From: Pecten maximus
Lineage: Eukaryota
Assembly (NCBI RefSeq): GCF_902652985.1
Contig: NC_047033.1
Coordinates: forward strand, 13,578,001 to 13,642,000
Direction of reading: 5' to 3'
DNA length: 64,000 nucleotides
Positions 12,719 through 27,700 of this stretch are shown one piece after another; the first letter of the stretch is position 1, and every line of letters begins with the position of its first letter. Below the pieces are notes generated by a model. The model did no database searches. It saw nothing but the letters and a program-made list of their open reading frames with translations, and was not told where the DNA came from. Position numbers and translations under genes: made by a program.

Positions 12719-15700
12719 GTAAGTATTGGCGTAATTGGCTTAAATCAAACATATTTTAACTTTTGATCGTGAAAGCAGAATTGTCTCTTGTATTTGATGA
12801 ACGTCGAGTTTGGTTTTTAAAGTACAGGTTTTGTTTATAGTTATAAAAAGCCACCAAATGCTTGAACTTAGTTTAGGCATGACTCTGATAGATATTGAAG
12901 GTGGCGTACATTGTGATTAACTTAATTCTCACACTATGAAATAGACAAAAGCTATATTCACTCCTTTGATAACAAATGCTTATCAAACAATTAATAGAGC
13001 ATATTAAAGAAAAAGTATACCTACTATGCCGCTACTATTGCGTTATTTTGGAATCCTTATTTTAATCTTCCTTCCTTCCTTCCTTCCTTCCTTCCTTCCT
13101 TCCTTCCTTCCTTCCTTCCTTCCTTCTAATGTTTGCTTAATTTGGTCATAATATCTAGAGATGATTGATAGACCCCTGGGAACTCACTATGCCTTTCTCT
13201 TGGTCGACTTGTTTTTGTTCTCACACGAGGCAGGTAACATACAAGAGCCTGTCAGAAAATGTATCGGAGACCTTGTGAAGTTCTTCAATAGCAGATACTT
13301 TTGTATTATCGCAAAATAATGAAAAAAGCGTTATTGACCACATTGATTGTATATACCTTTTTTAGCTAAAATCAAGGACATCAGTCGCTTACCTCTATTT
13401 TTACTTACACCATGTCCAGCAGAACATAAACGTAGGGATTTCAATTATTGAATAATTAATTTCCCATTTCTAGATGGTAATATTCCTGATTCACCTACCT
13501 ACGGTGCTGACGTCCCCCGGTTGATCAGATATTCAAGTACCTGTTGATATTATTGCATGACATATGTCGAATCATGCTTGCGATAGATGCATGTAGAGGA
13601 AATAACTTCTGTGGTCGGAAACATGATCCATTTGGAGATATCTATTTTCTTGCGCGATGTTAATATACCTAGTTGTTCCATTGTCTCCACCACTGTTCTT
13701 TAATTGAGAGTCTATCCGGTTACGACCTAGATTTGCATGGCGCTGTCAACAATTCAGTAAAAGGCGCTTACCCTTCCTGGCCTTCTTGTCCTGTTTTCCC
13801 TGTACTTTTTATGAGTGTTTCCATACAAATCGATATGTTTGCTTGATTTCTTAGTGAAAATCACGTTTTTTTATATTCCGGATATTCACTGTATTTCCAT
13901 GTTCTTTTTAATTTTCGTTTATTAGTATCCATATTAGAATGGCTGTCCATGACCATATATGGCTTCAATTTCACTTAAATGACATCTATAACACTACCTC
14001 TGTGTTCATTCCAATATGGCTGACGTTAAAACATTCGCTTCAAACCACATACAAATATTACTTAAAAGGTACAATATATGTCCAGTAGAAAAACAAATCT
14101 GTATTTAAAAAACAGCATTCGAGACGATATTATGGCGGATGCTGTGGAGTTTCAGTTAGATAGTTACGTTTGGAAGACATGTTGTGGGCTCATATGTTAT
14201 TTGTGGTCAGGTGACTGACCATGATTCCAAATGCATTTTCTGTTAACAAAAACGGTCAATAAATTATACACAAAATTGTAATTATTGTTGTTGTGTAAAC
14301 GGCTAGACTTTGTTGTAAGGAAGGTATATAGGTAATAATAAGATCCCTTGAATTAAAAAGCAGAATCAATTGATTAGTTGGCTAACACATGCCTTGTAGT
14401 ACGGCGCTGACGATCGAAGTGACACGGTAACTTCTGCAATATTCAGATAGTATTGATATTTATCGACACGCATCAAATGCTTACTATATATGCAACAAAT
14501 TATCTGTTTTATGGCTTGTTGTAATTCGAAAAAAAAGACAGTTGTATACGAACAGGCGTTCTAACTCTTGACAGCGACGACATCGTTATACCATGTACAC
14601 GACATGTTTACTGTTTAACTCTCTGTTAAAGCGACTATCACACTTGATTTTGCCCTCAGGAAACGGAAAGTTTGGTCTGGTTAAAACAGTATTATATTAC
14701 CAAAAATATTTACAATACATTGGTCAATATATACAACAATTAAATTCCCATAATAAAGCGATAGACGAGCCTATACCGTGAAATCTGCTGTTCTTGTACA
14801 TCATATTGCGGGGGTTAAACATTGTTTATTTAGACTGCTGCATATAAACATGACCATGCTCGATTAATTACAAAGAAAGCAGGATTGGTTATACGGACTG
14901 TCGCGTACCGACGTCATTTACTTATCTGAAAATAGGACGGAAAGAATGGTGTGGCCTAATACCGAGACCCCTACTACCGAGACCCCTAATACCGAGACCC
15001 CTAATACCGAGACCACTACTATCGAGACCACTACTACCGAGACCACTACTACCGAGACCAATAACACCGAGACCCCTAATACCGAGACCACTACTACCGA
15101 GACCCCTAGTACCGAGACCACTACTACCGAGACCAATTTTACTCAGACCCCTAATACCGAGACCCCTACTACCGAGACCCCTATTACCGAGACCACTAAC
15201 ACCGAGACCACTTATACCGAGACAACTAATACCGAGACCACTAATACCGAGACCACTACTACCGAGACCACTACTACCGAGACCCTAATACCGAGACCCC
15301 TACTACCGAGACCACTACTACCGAGACCACTAATACCGAGACCACTAACACCCAGACCACTACTACCGAGACCACTACTACCGAGATCCTAATACCGAGA
15401 CCCTAATACCGAGACCACTAATACCGAGACCACTACTACCGAGACTCCTAATACCGAGACCCTAATACCGAGACCACTAATGCTGAGACCAATTTTACTC
15501 ATACCCCTACTACCGAGACTACTACAACGGAGACCCGCCTACTACAGAGACCAATTCTACTGTGACCACTGATACCGAGAGCCCTAATACCGAGACCAAT
15601 TTTACTCAGACCCCTAATGCCGAGACCCCCACTACCGAAAGCCCTAATACCGAGACCACTACTACCGAGACCACTTATACCGAGACCACTACTACCGAGA

Positions 15701-18700
15701 CCACTACTACCGAGACCACTTATACCGAGACCACTACTACCGAGACCAGCACTACCGAGACCACTTATACCGAGACCACTACTACCGAGACCACTTATAC
15801 CGAGAACACTAATACCGAGATCCTAATACCGAGACCATTAACACCCAGCCCACTAATACCGAGACCCCTACTACCGAGACCAATTTTACTCAGACCCCTA
15901 ATGCCGAGACCCCTACTACCGAGACCACTACTACCGAGACCACTACTACCGAGACCACTAATACCGAGACCACTAATACCGAGACCCTAATACCGAAACC
16001 ATTAACACCCAGCCCACTAATACCGAGACCCCTACTACCGAGACCAATTTTACTCAGACCCCTAATGCCGAGACTCCTAATACCGAGACCCATACTACCG
16101 AGACCCCTACTACCGAGACCACTAATACCGAGACCACTTACACCCAGATCACTAATGCTGAGACCCCTAGTACCGAGACCACTACTACCGAGACCACTAC
16201 TACCGAGACCCGCCTACTACCGAGACCACTAACACCGAGACCCCTTATACTCGGTAGTAGTGATCTCGGTAGTAGGCGGGTATCGGTAATAGGGTCTGGG
16301 TATTAGGGGTATCGGTATTAGGGGTCTCGGTAAAAGGCGGGTCTCGGTAGTAGAGGTCTCGGTAGTAGGCGGGTCTCGGTAGTGGTCTGGGTGTTAGTGG
16401 TCTCGGTAGCAGTGGTCTCGGTATTAGGGGTCTAGGAAGTAGTGTTCTCGGTATTAGGGGTCTCAGTATTAGTGGTCTGGGTGTTAGTGGTCTCGGTAGT
16501 AGGGATCTCGGTATTAGGGGTCTCGGTAGTAGAATCTGGGTATTAAAGGTCTCGGTAGTAGTTGTCTCGGTAGTAGGCGGGTCTCGGTAGTAGGCGGGTC
16601 TCGGTAGTGGTCTCGGTAGTAGTGGTCTCGGTATTAGGGGTCTCGGTATTAGTGGTCTCGGTACTAGGGGTCTCGGTAGTAGTGGTCTCGGTAGTAGGGG
16701 TTTCGGTAGTAGTGGTCTCGGTAGTAGGGGTCTCGGTATTAAGGGTCTAGGAAGTAGTGGTCTCGGTAGTATGGGTCTCAGTATTAGTGGTCTGGGTGTT
16801 AGTGGTCTCGGTTTCAGGGTCTCGGTAGTAGGGGTCTCGGTAGTAGAGGTCTCGGTAGTAGTGGTCTCGGTAGTAGGGTCTCTGTATTAGGGGTCTCGGT
16901 AGTAGGCGGGTCTCGTTAGAACGCGGGTCTCGGTAGTGGTCTGGGTGTCAGTGGTATCGGTAGTAGGGGTCTCGGTATTCGTGGTCTCAGTATTAGGGGT
17001 CTTGGTATTAGTGGTCTCGGTAGTAGTGGTTTCGGTATTAGGGGTCTCGGTATTGGGGGTCTCGGTAGTAGGGGTCTCGGTATTACTGGTTTCGGTAGTA
17101 GTGGTCTCGGTAGTAGTGGTCTCGGTATTAGGCTCTCGGTATTAGTGGTCTCGGTAGTAGTGGTTTCGGTAGTAGTGGTCTCGGTAGTAGTGGTATCGGT
17201 AGTAGTGGTCTCGGTAGTAGTGGTCTCGGTAGTAGTGGTCTCGGTAGTAGTGGTCTCGGTAGTAGTGGTTTCGGTAGTAGTGGTCTCGGTAGTAGTGGTA
17301 TCGGTATAAGGGTCTCGGTAGTAGTGGTCTCGGTATTAGGGGTCTAGGAAGTAGTGTTCTCGGTATTAGGGGTCTCAGTATTAGTGGTCTGGGTGTTAGT
17401 GGTCTCGGTAGTAGGGATCTCGGTATTAGGGGTCTCGGTAGTAGAATCTGGGTATTAAAGGTCTCGGTAGTAGTTGTCTCGGTAGTAGGCGGGTCTCGGT
17501 AGTAGGCGGGTCTCGGTAGTGGTCTGGGTGTTAGTGGTCTCGGTATTAGGGGTCTCGGTATTAGTGGTCTCGGTACTAGGGGTCTCGGTAGTAGTGGTCT
17601 CGGTAGTAGGGGTTTCGGTAGTAGTGGTCTCGGTAGTAGGGGTCTCGGTATTAAGGGTCTAGGAAGTAGTGGTCTCGGTAGTATGGGTCTCAGTATTAGT
17701 GGTCTGGGTGTTAGTGGTCTCGGTTTCAGGGTCACCGTAGAAGGGGTCTCGGTAGTAGAGGTCTCGGTAGTAGTGGTCTCGGTAGTAGGGTCTCTGTATT
17801 AGGGGTCTCGGTAGTAGGCGGGTCTCGTTAGAACGCGGGTCTCGGTAGTGGTCTGGGTGTCAGTGGTATCGGTAGTAGGGGTCTCGGTATTCGTGGTCTC
17901 AGTATTAGGGGTCTTGGTATTAGTGGTCTCGGTAGTAGTGGTTTCGGTATTAGGGGTCTCGGTATTGGGGGTTTCGGTAGTAGGGGTCTCGGTATTACTG
18001 GTTTCGGTAGTAGTGGTCTCGGTAGTAGTGGTCTCGGTATTAGGCTCTCGGTATTAGTGGTCTCGGTAGTAGTGGTTTCGGTAGTAGTGGTCTCGGTAGT
18101 AGTGGTATCGGTAGTAGTGGTCTCGGTAGTAGTGGTCTCGGTATTAGGCTCTCGGTATTAGTGGTCTCGGTAGTAGTGGTTTCGGTAGTAGTGGTCTCGG
18201 TAGTAGTGGTATCGGTATAAGGGTCTCGGTAGTAGTGGTCTCGGTATTAGGGGTCTAGGAAGTAGTGTTCTCGGTATTAGGGGTCTCAGTATTAGTGGTC
18301 TGGGTGTTAGTGGTCTCGGTAGTAGGGATCTCGGTATTAGGGGTCTCGGTAGTAGAATCTGGGTATTAAAGGTCTCGGTAGTAGTTGTCTCGGTAGTAGG
18401 CGGGTCTCGGTAGTAGGCGGGTCTCGGTAGTGGTCTGGGTGTTAGTGGTCTCGGTATTAGGGGTCTCGGTATTAGTGGTCTCGGTACTAGGGGTCTCGGT
18501 AGTAGTGGTCTCGGTAGTAGGGGTTTCGGTAGTAGTGGTCTCGGTAGTAGGGGTCTCGGTATTAAGGGTCTAGGAAGTAGTGGTCTCGGTAGTATGGGTC
18601 TCAGTATTAGTGGTCTGGGTGTTAGTGGTCTCGGTTTCAGGGTCACCGTAGAAGGGGTCTCGGTAGTAGAGGTCTCGGTAGTAGTGGTCTCGGTAGTAGG

Positions 18701-21700
18701 GTCTCTGTATTAGGGGTCTCGGTAGTAGGCGGGTCTCGTTAGAACGCGGGTCTCGGTAGTGGTCTGGGTGTCAGTGGTATCGGTAGTAGGGGTCTCGGTA
18801 TTCGTGGTCTCAGTATTAGGGGTCTTGGTATTAGTGGTCTCGGTAGTAGTGGTTTCGGTATTAGGGGTCTCGGTAGTGGGGGTCTCGGTAGTAGGGGTCT
18901 CGGTATTACTGGTTTCGGTAGTAGTGGTCTCGGTAGTAGTGGTCTCGGTATTAGGCTCTCGGTATTAGTGGTCTCGGTAGTAGTGGTTTCGGTAGTAGTG
19001 GTCTCGGTAGTAGTGGTATCGGTAGTAGTGGTCTCGGTAGTAGTGGTCTCGGTATTAGGCTCTCGGTATTAGTGGTCTCGGTAGTAGTGGTTTCGGTAGT
19101 AGTGGTCTCGGTAGTAGTGGTATCGGTATAAGGGTCTCGGTAGTAGTGGTCTCGGTATTAGGGGTCTAGGAAGTAGTGTTCTCGGTATTAGGGGTCTCAG
19201 TATTAGTGGTCTGGGTGTTAGTGGTCTCGGTAGTAGGGATCTCGGTATTAGGGGTCTCGGTAGTAGGGTCTGGGTATTAAAGGTCTCGGTAGTAGTTGTC
19301 TCGGTAGTAGGCGGGTCTCGGTAGTAGGCGGGTCTCGGTAGTATGCGGGTCTCGGTAGAGGTCTGGGTGTTAGTGGTCTCGGTATTAGGGGTCTCGGTAT
19401 TAGGGGTCTCGGTATTAGTGGTCTCGGTACTAGGGGTCTCGGTAGTAGTGGTCTCGCTAGTAGGGGTTTCGGTAGTAGTGGTCTCGGTAGTAGGGGTCTC
19501 GGTATTAGGGGTATAGGAAGTAGTGGTCTCGGTAGTATGGGTCTCGGTATTAGTGATCTCGGTAGTAGTGGTCTCGGTAGCAGGGGTCTCAGTATTAGGG
19601 GTCTAGGAAGAAGTGTTCTCGGTATTAGTGGTCTCAGTATTAGTGGTCTGGGTGTTAGTGGTCTCGGTTTTAGGGTCTCCGTAGTAGGGGTATCGGTAGT
19701 AGGGGTATCGGTAGTAGGGTCTCTGTATTAGGGGTCTCGGTAGTAGGCGGGTCTCGTTAGTAGGCGGGTCTCGGTAGTGGTCTGGGTGTAAGTGGTATCA
19801 GTAGTAGGGGTCTCGGTATTCGTGGTCTCAGTATTAGGGGTCTTGGTATTAGTGGTCTCGGTAGTAGTGGTCTCGGTATTAGGGGTCTCGGCATTGGGGG
19901 TCTCGGTAGTAGGGGTCTCGGTATTAGTGGTTTCGGTAGTAGTGGTCTCGGTAGTAGTGGTCTCGGTATTAGGGTCTCGGTAGTAGTAGTCTCGGTATTA
20001 GGGGTCTCGGTATTAGTGGTCTCGGTAGTATGGGTCTCGGTAGTAGTGTTCTCGGTAGTAGTGGTCTCGGTAGTAGTGGTCTCGGTATTAGTGGTCTCGG
20101 TAGTAGTGGTCTCGGTAGTACAGACCCGTGTACGTTCGCAGTTCCGATTTAAGCGTAGCGTTTCCGTAGCACTTCCGTAGCATTACCGTATCACTTCCGT
20201 ACCATTTCCGTATCACTACCGTAGCATTTCCGTACCATTTCCGTAGCACTTCCGTAGCATTACCGTACCATTTCCGTAGCATTTCCGTAGCATTTGCGTT
20301 TACCTATTTTCACTCGCTGACCGTCTCATAACCGTTCGGTAGAAAATTTTGCGGAGTGTATTTTTTATCGAAACGAAATTTAGTTAAATATACTTACCGA
20401 ACGTCACTAAAGCATAGTAGTGACAGCAAATAATTTAATAAGGAGGTGAGAATTAAATATATATGGTTATACATCTTTCTGTATCTTTGTTTAGAAAAAA
20501 TAACACTCTCACAAAAAACAAGTCAAGTCACGTGGTCCATCGATCTTAGTGTGATAAAAAAATGGTATAGTATAGTAGTCGACGCATTACGATGGAAACG
20601 AAGATGAAGATCGTGTCAAATAAATAATATTTCCTTTACTGTGCTATAGTCAAACCTTTAAAACTGTTCCATGTAATATGCACTGGTCAGGCTACATGTA
20701 TAGGGTACAAATGGTCCAGACAGTATCACACAGGTAAACTAGGGTAGTTAGACTTAATTGTCAGCGATGATACAAACAACACAGCATGTTGTACACTAGT
20801 CAACTAAAGGTACGGTATTCTGTGGACCAAGTGATACTAGGTGTGAAAGGTAGAACAATAAGAGATAATTATGACCTACAGGTAAGGCTATAGACTGCTT
20901 CATAAAACTTGGCTTCCAACATTAATGAGAATGTCATCGTGATCTACGGAGTTATTCATTATTTATTTCAGTTTTAAAACCCAAAGGTCTAATCACAAAA
21001 TTGATAACACATGATAAAATCAGAGACCGTATAAACGTGATATATATTTCTCTCGGTAAAACTACGACAGGAAATTCAAATCTATATCTTCGGATCATAT
21101 GTGATATATATGTATGTATCTGATAAAGTATAACAAGAGTAAATTAATTACAAAGTAAGAGCAAATACGGTATATAAAGTGCATACACATGTGAAATATA
21201 ACTGATGTCCTAAATAGAAATCATCCAGATAATCAAGTTAGTCTTTTTATAAACAGTAAAAAAGAGACTTAATTCTGAAAACAAATCTTCGTCCGACATA
21301 AATCTCTCAAGTGAGACGTTAAAAAACTGTCAGGAATATGACAAACGTAGTTTTAATCAATTAGGACTCTTTTAAGAACATTACAATTTCTTACAATAAT
21401 CCAGAATTTACAGGGATAAAGCAGGGTTGAGCTACTCGACCTAGTCAAAAAAAGATGTGGAACTAAAAAGTTAAATTATCCTGTACAAGTTCGATCAAGC
21501 AGGCAATGTAAAGATTTGAATAAAAATATATGTATTAATGCCTACATACCAGACTAGGTAAGTTGAATTGTGTACAAAACATGTAATATAGACTATGATC
21601 GTTTAGTTTTGATTTAAAACACGTAAAAGATGTAAAAGAGAGGGTGAATCATTTGAATCGCGTAGTTTAAGGACTGATATTATACAGATATTTTTTGTAT

Positions 21701-24700
21701 CATCACACTAACATCATCGTCAAAGTTGGAATAGCAAAACTTTTCTTCGTGGCAACGTTGCTTTACTTCATTAAGAAACACATCCGCTGCTAGTTTGATA
21801 GAATTTTATAATTATTGGTATGCACAAAAAATATTTGCTTTGGTGTCTTTTCTAAAATTGTTATTTTGTAAAAAAAAAAAAAAATAAAAAAAAAAAAAAA
21901 AAAATAACACACACACCCTCACACATATACACAGATTTAAATAACAGTCATACAAGACACTTGTTAATACTTCTATTATAAAAAGCATACCTTTGTAATT
22001 TAAACTCTTGAGATGGTGATGGTTTCATGATATATGTAAACTTAATAAATTTCGATTTTTACTGTGAATATCTAAGATTTGTTATAAGTAGCCTCTATAA
22101 ATTCATTTGAATCATTATTGTATAAGTCATATTCAACTTGACATTTTCATATTTTCTTTCATGAAAGTAAGAACAGGCTACTGCTATAGTTTAAACTCAC
22201 TCAGGTGTAAAATTTGACATGTTGGCCAGGTAATACAGGTAAATTTCTGTATGTTGGCTAAGTGAGAATAAGCCATAACTGGACCCCGAGGGGTTAATTG
22301 GGGACAGGTCACCTGGCCAGGTATACCACGTGCCAGACATAAAAGAGCTAGACTGATCGGCATCTTACAGGTAAAGTGTGATAGGATGCATGTCCTCAAG
22401 GCTGTGGGGGTTGCATATTGCGCCCAGTTGGCCATTGGCAACAGGTCTTTCATAGATGTTTGGCTTCAATGTAATGTACATGTGGTCTGGACATGTACAT
22501 GTCTCAAGATCTGTCGACAGAACATACAATGTATAATATCATATAGATGACTTGTACTGTAAAAAGCCTTTCAAGTTGAGAATAACAATGTAAAAGAAAC
22601 TTTAGTAAATTAACATTCAATTAAAATATTAATTTGTCTGACAAAATATTTACATGAAGTATATGTACACCTGAGTCAGCCATTATTAGGCCTCTGACAC
22701 AAACTGATGTATTGTAATAGAAGCATGTAAATGATTAAAATGATCGCAAACAGCATCAAAATTAATTTCAAAAGTAGATTCTTCACTCTACACTGTTGAA
22801 GTCTTTATATATTGAATCAAAGTATTACCGGGTTATGTCCTTTGTGATAATAAGTTTAAAAAAAACCATTGTGCACTAATTATACGTTTACTTCAGTACC
22901 TTAAATCTCGTGCACTCCTCACTTCTCCTAGGGTGCAAAGGTTAACTGATTGTCACTCAACTGTAGTTGTAGTCCATTAATAAATATTTTCAGAGTGTTA
23001 TCCATTATCACGTAAACATACAGAGTCTGCTCCATTGCAGACGTGTGATATCAGAGACATATATATGTCTCTGGTGATATACACGTATCTGATTGCACAT
23101 GTACATTGTATAGTCTTAAGTATATAATTATTGATGTTTTGTTTTTAGTTTTTATCCCTCCCCATGCAGCCAGAATTTCCTCTGATCCGACATCAGACTT
23201 TTAAACAAATCGTCAATGCTTACACACCATTAACATTACCAGTGATTGTTATATATAGACTTGCCAGGCATGTACATGTACTTGACTTAATTGTCCCCCT
23301 TACTTGTTGCCATGGGTACTAATCCCCCCTCCCCACCACCATCAACTTCACCTGATGGCCATGGATATACACTTGATTAGGAGTCACCGGGCTCAGGTGT
23401 GTAAGTCATAACCACACCTGGTCAGTTTCTCCTTTTTACAATTAGCCCTAGGCGGGTCTATTCATAGCCTGGTCAATCTGTGTTCAGAATTCTTGATCTG
23501 TTTACCTGTACCTAAATTAACACTTTGATACAAGTTTTACAATTCAATTAGTCTATTACTTAAACCTTAGGGTTTATCAGTACAAATGCGGTGAATAAAT
23601 GCAGTGAAAATATAGATAAATACATAAAAACAAAACGATAAAGTTCGGACACACAGAGACAACACATACGCGACCGCAGCGCTAGTGTCGAGAGTGATTT
23701 TATTTTAAAATTAAATACTATCGTCTTTTGTTGCCGAGAATAATAAATTATGACCTTAATATTTCCGGTTTCTAAAAGTTGTACAAATTCTCGCAAACTG
23801 AGGTTTTCTATTGTAGTAAAGTTTGATACAAAACGTTCTTCCACTTCCCGATACAACATTCACTCCATCAGACACCTTTCACTGTCGTTTCTACGAGTTC
23901 GCTTCGTCTAGGTTCCGCTTTTTATCAGAACCAGATAATTTATTCAGAAACGGTCGATTATTTGTGAGCGTCAACCGTAGCATTTCCGTAGCATTACCGT
24001 AGCATTACCGTAGCACTTCCGTAGCATTACCGTACCATTTCCGTAGCATTACCGTACCATTTCCGTAGCACTTCCGTGGCATTAGCGTAGCATTTCCGTA
24101 GCGTTTGCGTTTAAGACGGAACAGCGAACGTACACGGGTCTGTAGTGGTCTCGGTATTAGTGGTCTCAGTAGTAGTGGTCTCGGTAGTAGTCGTCTCGGT
24201 AGTGGTGGTCTCGGTAGTAGTGGTATCGGTATTAGGGTCTCGATAGTAGTGTTCTCGGTAGTAGGCGGATATCGGTAATAGGGTCTGGGCATAGGGGTAT
24301 CGGTATTAGGGGTCTCGGTAAAAGGCGGGTCTCGGTAGTAGAGGTCTCGGTAGTAGGCGGGTCTCGGTAGTGGTCTGGGTGTTAGTGGTCTAGGTATTAG
24401 GGGTCTAGGAAGTAGTGTTCTCGGTATTAGGGGTCTCAGTATTAGTGGTCTGGGTGTTAGTGGTCTCGGTAGTAGGGATCTCGGTATTAGGGGTCTCGGT
24501 AGTAGAATCTGGGTATTAAAGGTCTCGGTAGTAGTTGTCTGGGTAGTAGGCGGGTCTCGGTAGTAGTGGTCTCGGTAGTAGTGGTCTCGGTATTAGGCTC
24601 TCGGTATTAGTGGTCTCGGTAGTAGTGGTTTCGGTAGTAGTGGTCTCGGTAGTAGTGGTATCGGTATTAGGGTCTCGGTAGTAGTGGTCTCGGTATTAGG

Positions 24701-27700
24701 GGTCTAGGAAGTAGTGTTCTCGGTATTAGGGGTCTCAGTATTAGTGGTCTGGGTGTTAGTGGTCTCGGTAGTAGGGATCTCGGTATTAGGGGTCTCGGTA
24801 GTAGGGTCTGGGTATTAAAGGTCTCGGTAGTAGTTGTCTCGGTAGTAGTGGTCTCGGTAGTATGCGGGTCTCGGTAGAGGTCTGGGTGTTAGTGGTCTCG
24901 GTATTAGGGGTCTCGGTATTAGGGGTCTCGGTATTAGTGGTCTCGGTACTAGGGGTCTCGGTAGTAGTGGTCTCGCTAGTAGGGGTTTCGGTAGTAGTGG
25001 TCTCGGTAGTAGGGGTCTCGGTATTAGTGGTCTAGGAAGTAGTGGTCTCGGTAGTATGGGTCTCGGTATTAGTGATCTCGGTAGTAGTGGTCTCGGTAGC
25101 AGGGGTCTCAGTATTAGGGGTCTAAGAAGAAGTGTTCTCGGTATTAGTGGTCTCAGTATTAGTGGTCTGGGTGTTAGTGGTCTCGGTTTTAGGGTCTCCG
25201 TAGTAGGGGTATCGGTAGTAGGGGTATCGGTAGTAGGGTCTCTGTATTAGGGGTCTCGGTAGTAGGCGGGTCTCGTTAGTAGGCGGGTCTCGGTAGTGGT
25301 CTGGGTGTAAGTGGTATCGGTAGTAGGGGTCTCGGTATTCGTGGTCTCAGTATTAGGGGTCTTGGTATTAGTGGTCTCGGTAGTAGTGGTCTCGGTATTA
25401 GGGGTCTCGGCATTGGGGGTCTCGGTAGTAGGGGTCTCGGTATTAGTGGTTTCGGTAGTAGTGGTCTCGGTAGTAGTGGTATCGGTAGTAGTGGTCTCGG
25501 TATAAGGGTCTCGGTAGTAGTAGTCTCGGTATTAGGGGTCTCGGTATTAGTGGTCTCGGTAGTATGGGTCTCGGTAGTAGTGTTCTCGGTAGTAGTGGTC
25601 TCGGTAGTAGTGGTCTCGGTATTTGTGGTCTCGGTATTAGTGGTCTCGGTAGTAGTGGTCTCGGTATTAGTGGTCTCAGTAGTAGTGGTCTCGGTAGTAG
25701 TGGTCTCGGTAGTGGTGGTCTCTGTAGTAGTGGTATCGGTATTAGGGTCTCGATAGTAGTGTTCTCGGTAGTAGGCGGATATCGGTAATAGGGTCTGGGT
25801 ATTAGGGGTATCGTTATTAGGGGTCTCGGTAAAAGGCGGGTCTCGGTAGTAGAGGTCTCGGTAGTAGGCGGGTCTCGGTAGTGGTCTGGGTGTTAGTGGT
25901 CTAGGTATTAGGGGTCTAGGAAGTAGTGTTCTCGGTATTAGGGGTCTCAGTATTAGTGGTCTGGGTGTTAGTGGTCTCGGTAGTAGGGATCTCGGTATTA
26001 GGGGTCTCGGTAGTAGAATCTGGGTATTAAAGGTCTCGGTAGTAGTTGTCTCGGTAGTAGACGGGTCTCGGTAGTAGGCGGGTCTCGGTAGTGGTCTGGG
26101 TGTTAGTGGTCTCGGTATTAGGGGTCTCGGTATTAGTGGTCTCGGTACTAGGGGTTTCGGTAGTAGTGGTCTCGGTAGTAGGGGTCTCGGTATTAAGGGT
26201 CTAGGAAGTAGTGGTCTCGGTAGTATGGGTCTCAGTATTAGTGGTCTGGGTGTTAGTGGTCTCGGTTTCAGGGTCTCCGTAGTAGGGGTCTCGGTAGTAG
26301 AGGTCTCGGTAGTAGTGGTCTCGGTAGTAGGGTCTCTGTATTAGGGGTCTCGGTAGTAGTGGTCTCGGTAGTAGGGGTCTCGGTATTAAGGGTCTAGGAA
26401 GTAGTGGTCTCGGTAGTATGGGTCTCAGTATTAGTGGTCTGGGTGTTAGTGGTCTCGGTTTTCAGGGTCACCGTAGAAGGGGTCTCGGTAGTAGAGGTCT
26501 CGGTAGTAGTGGTCTCGGTAGTAGGGTCTCTGTATTAGGGGTCTCGGTAGTAGGCAGGTCTCGTTAGAAGGCGGGTCTCGGTAGTGGTCTGGGTGTCAGT
26601 GGTATCGGTAGTAGGGGTCTCGGTATTCGTGGTCTCAGTATTAGGGGTCTTGGTATTAGTGGTCTCGGTAGGAGTGGTTTCGGTATTAGGGGTCACGGTA
26701 TTGGGGGTCTCGGCAGTAGGGGTCTCGGTATTACTGGTTTCGGTAGTAGTGGTCTCGGTAGTAGTGGTCTCGGTATTAGGCTCTCGGTATTAGTGGTCTC
26801 GGTAGTAGTGGTTTCGGTAGTAGTGGTCTCGGTAGTAGTAGTCTCGGTAGTAGTGGTCTCGGTAGTAGTGGTCTCGGAAGTAGTGGTATCGGTATTAGTG
26901 GTATCGGTATTAGGGTCTCGGTAGTAGTGGTCTCGGAATTAGGGGTCTAGGAAGTAGTGTTCTCGGTATTAGGGGTCTCAGTATTAGTGGTCTGGGTGTT
27001 AGTGGTCTCGGTAGTAGGGATCTCGGTATTAGGGGTCTCGGTAGTAGGGTCTGGGTATTAAAGGTCTCGGTAGTAGTTGTCTCGGTAGTAGGCGGGTCTC
27101 GGTAGTATGCGGGTCTCGGTAGAGGTCTGGGTGTTAGTGGTCTCGGTATTAGGGGTCTCGGTATTAGTGGTCTCGGTACTAGGGGTCTCGGTAGTAGTGG
27201 TCTCGCTAGTAGGGGTTTCGGTAGTAGTGGTCTCGGTAGTAGGGGTCTCGGTATTAGGGGTCTAGGAAGTAGTGGTCTCGGTAGTATGGGTCTCGGTATT
27301 AGTGATCTCGGTAGTAGTGGTCTCGGTAGCAGGTGTCTCAGTATTAGGGGTCTAGGAAGAAGTGTTCTCGGTATTAGTGGTCTCAGTATTAGTGGTCTGG
27401 GTGTTAGTGGTCTCGGTTTTAGGGTCTCCGTAGTAGGGGTATCGGTAGTAGGGGTATCGGTAGTAGGGTCTCTGTATTAGGGGTCTCGGTAGTAGGCGGG
27501 TCTCGTTAGTAGGCGGGTCTCGGTAGTGGTTTGGGTGTTAGTGGTATCGGTAGTAGGGGTCTCGGTATTCGTGGTCTCAGTATTAGGGGTCTTGGTATTA
27601 GTGGTCTCGGTAGTAGTGGTCTCGGTATTAGGGGTCTCGGCATTGGGGGTCTCGGTAGTAGGGGTCTCGGTATTAGTGGTTTCGGTAGTAGTGGTCTCGG

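Noticed and set aside
14132-14210. Short ATG-initiated frame ending at a CAG|GTGACT donor in phase 1
   Set aside because: It could formally splice to 36396, but it lacks a signal-peptide pattern and the donor is weaker than the 12718 donor.
20150-20295. Subterminal repeat (reverse complement TACGGAAGTG) resembles the IS3EU terminus TACGGAAGCG
   Set aside because: Only a 9/10 match, with different TIRs and TSD type; most likely coincidence.
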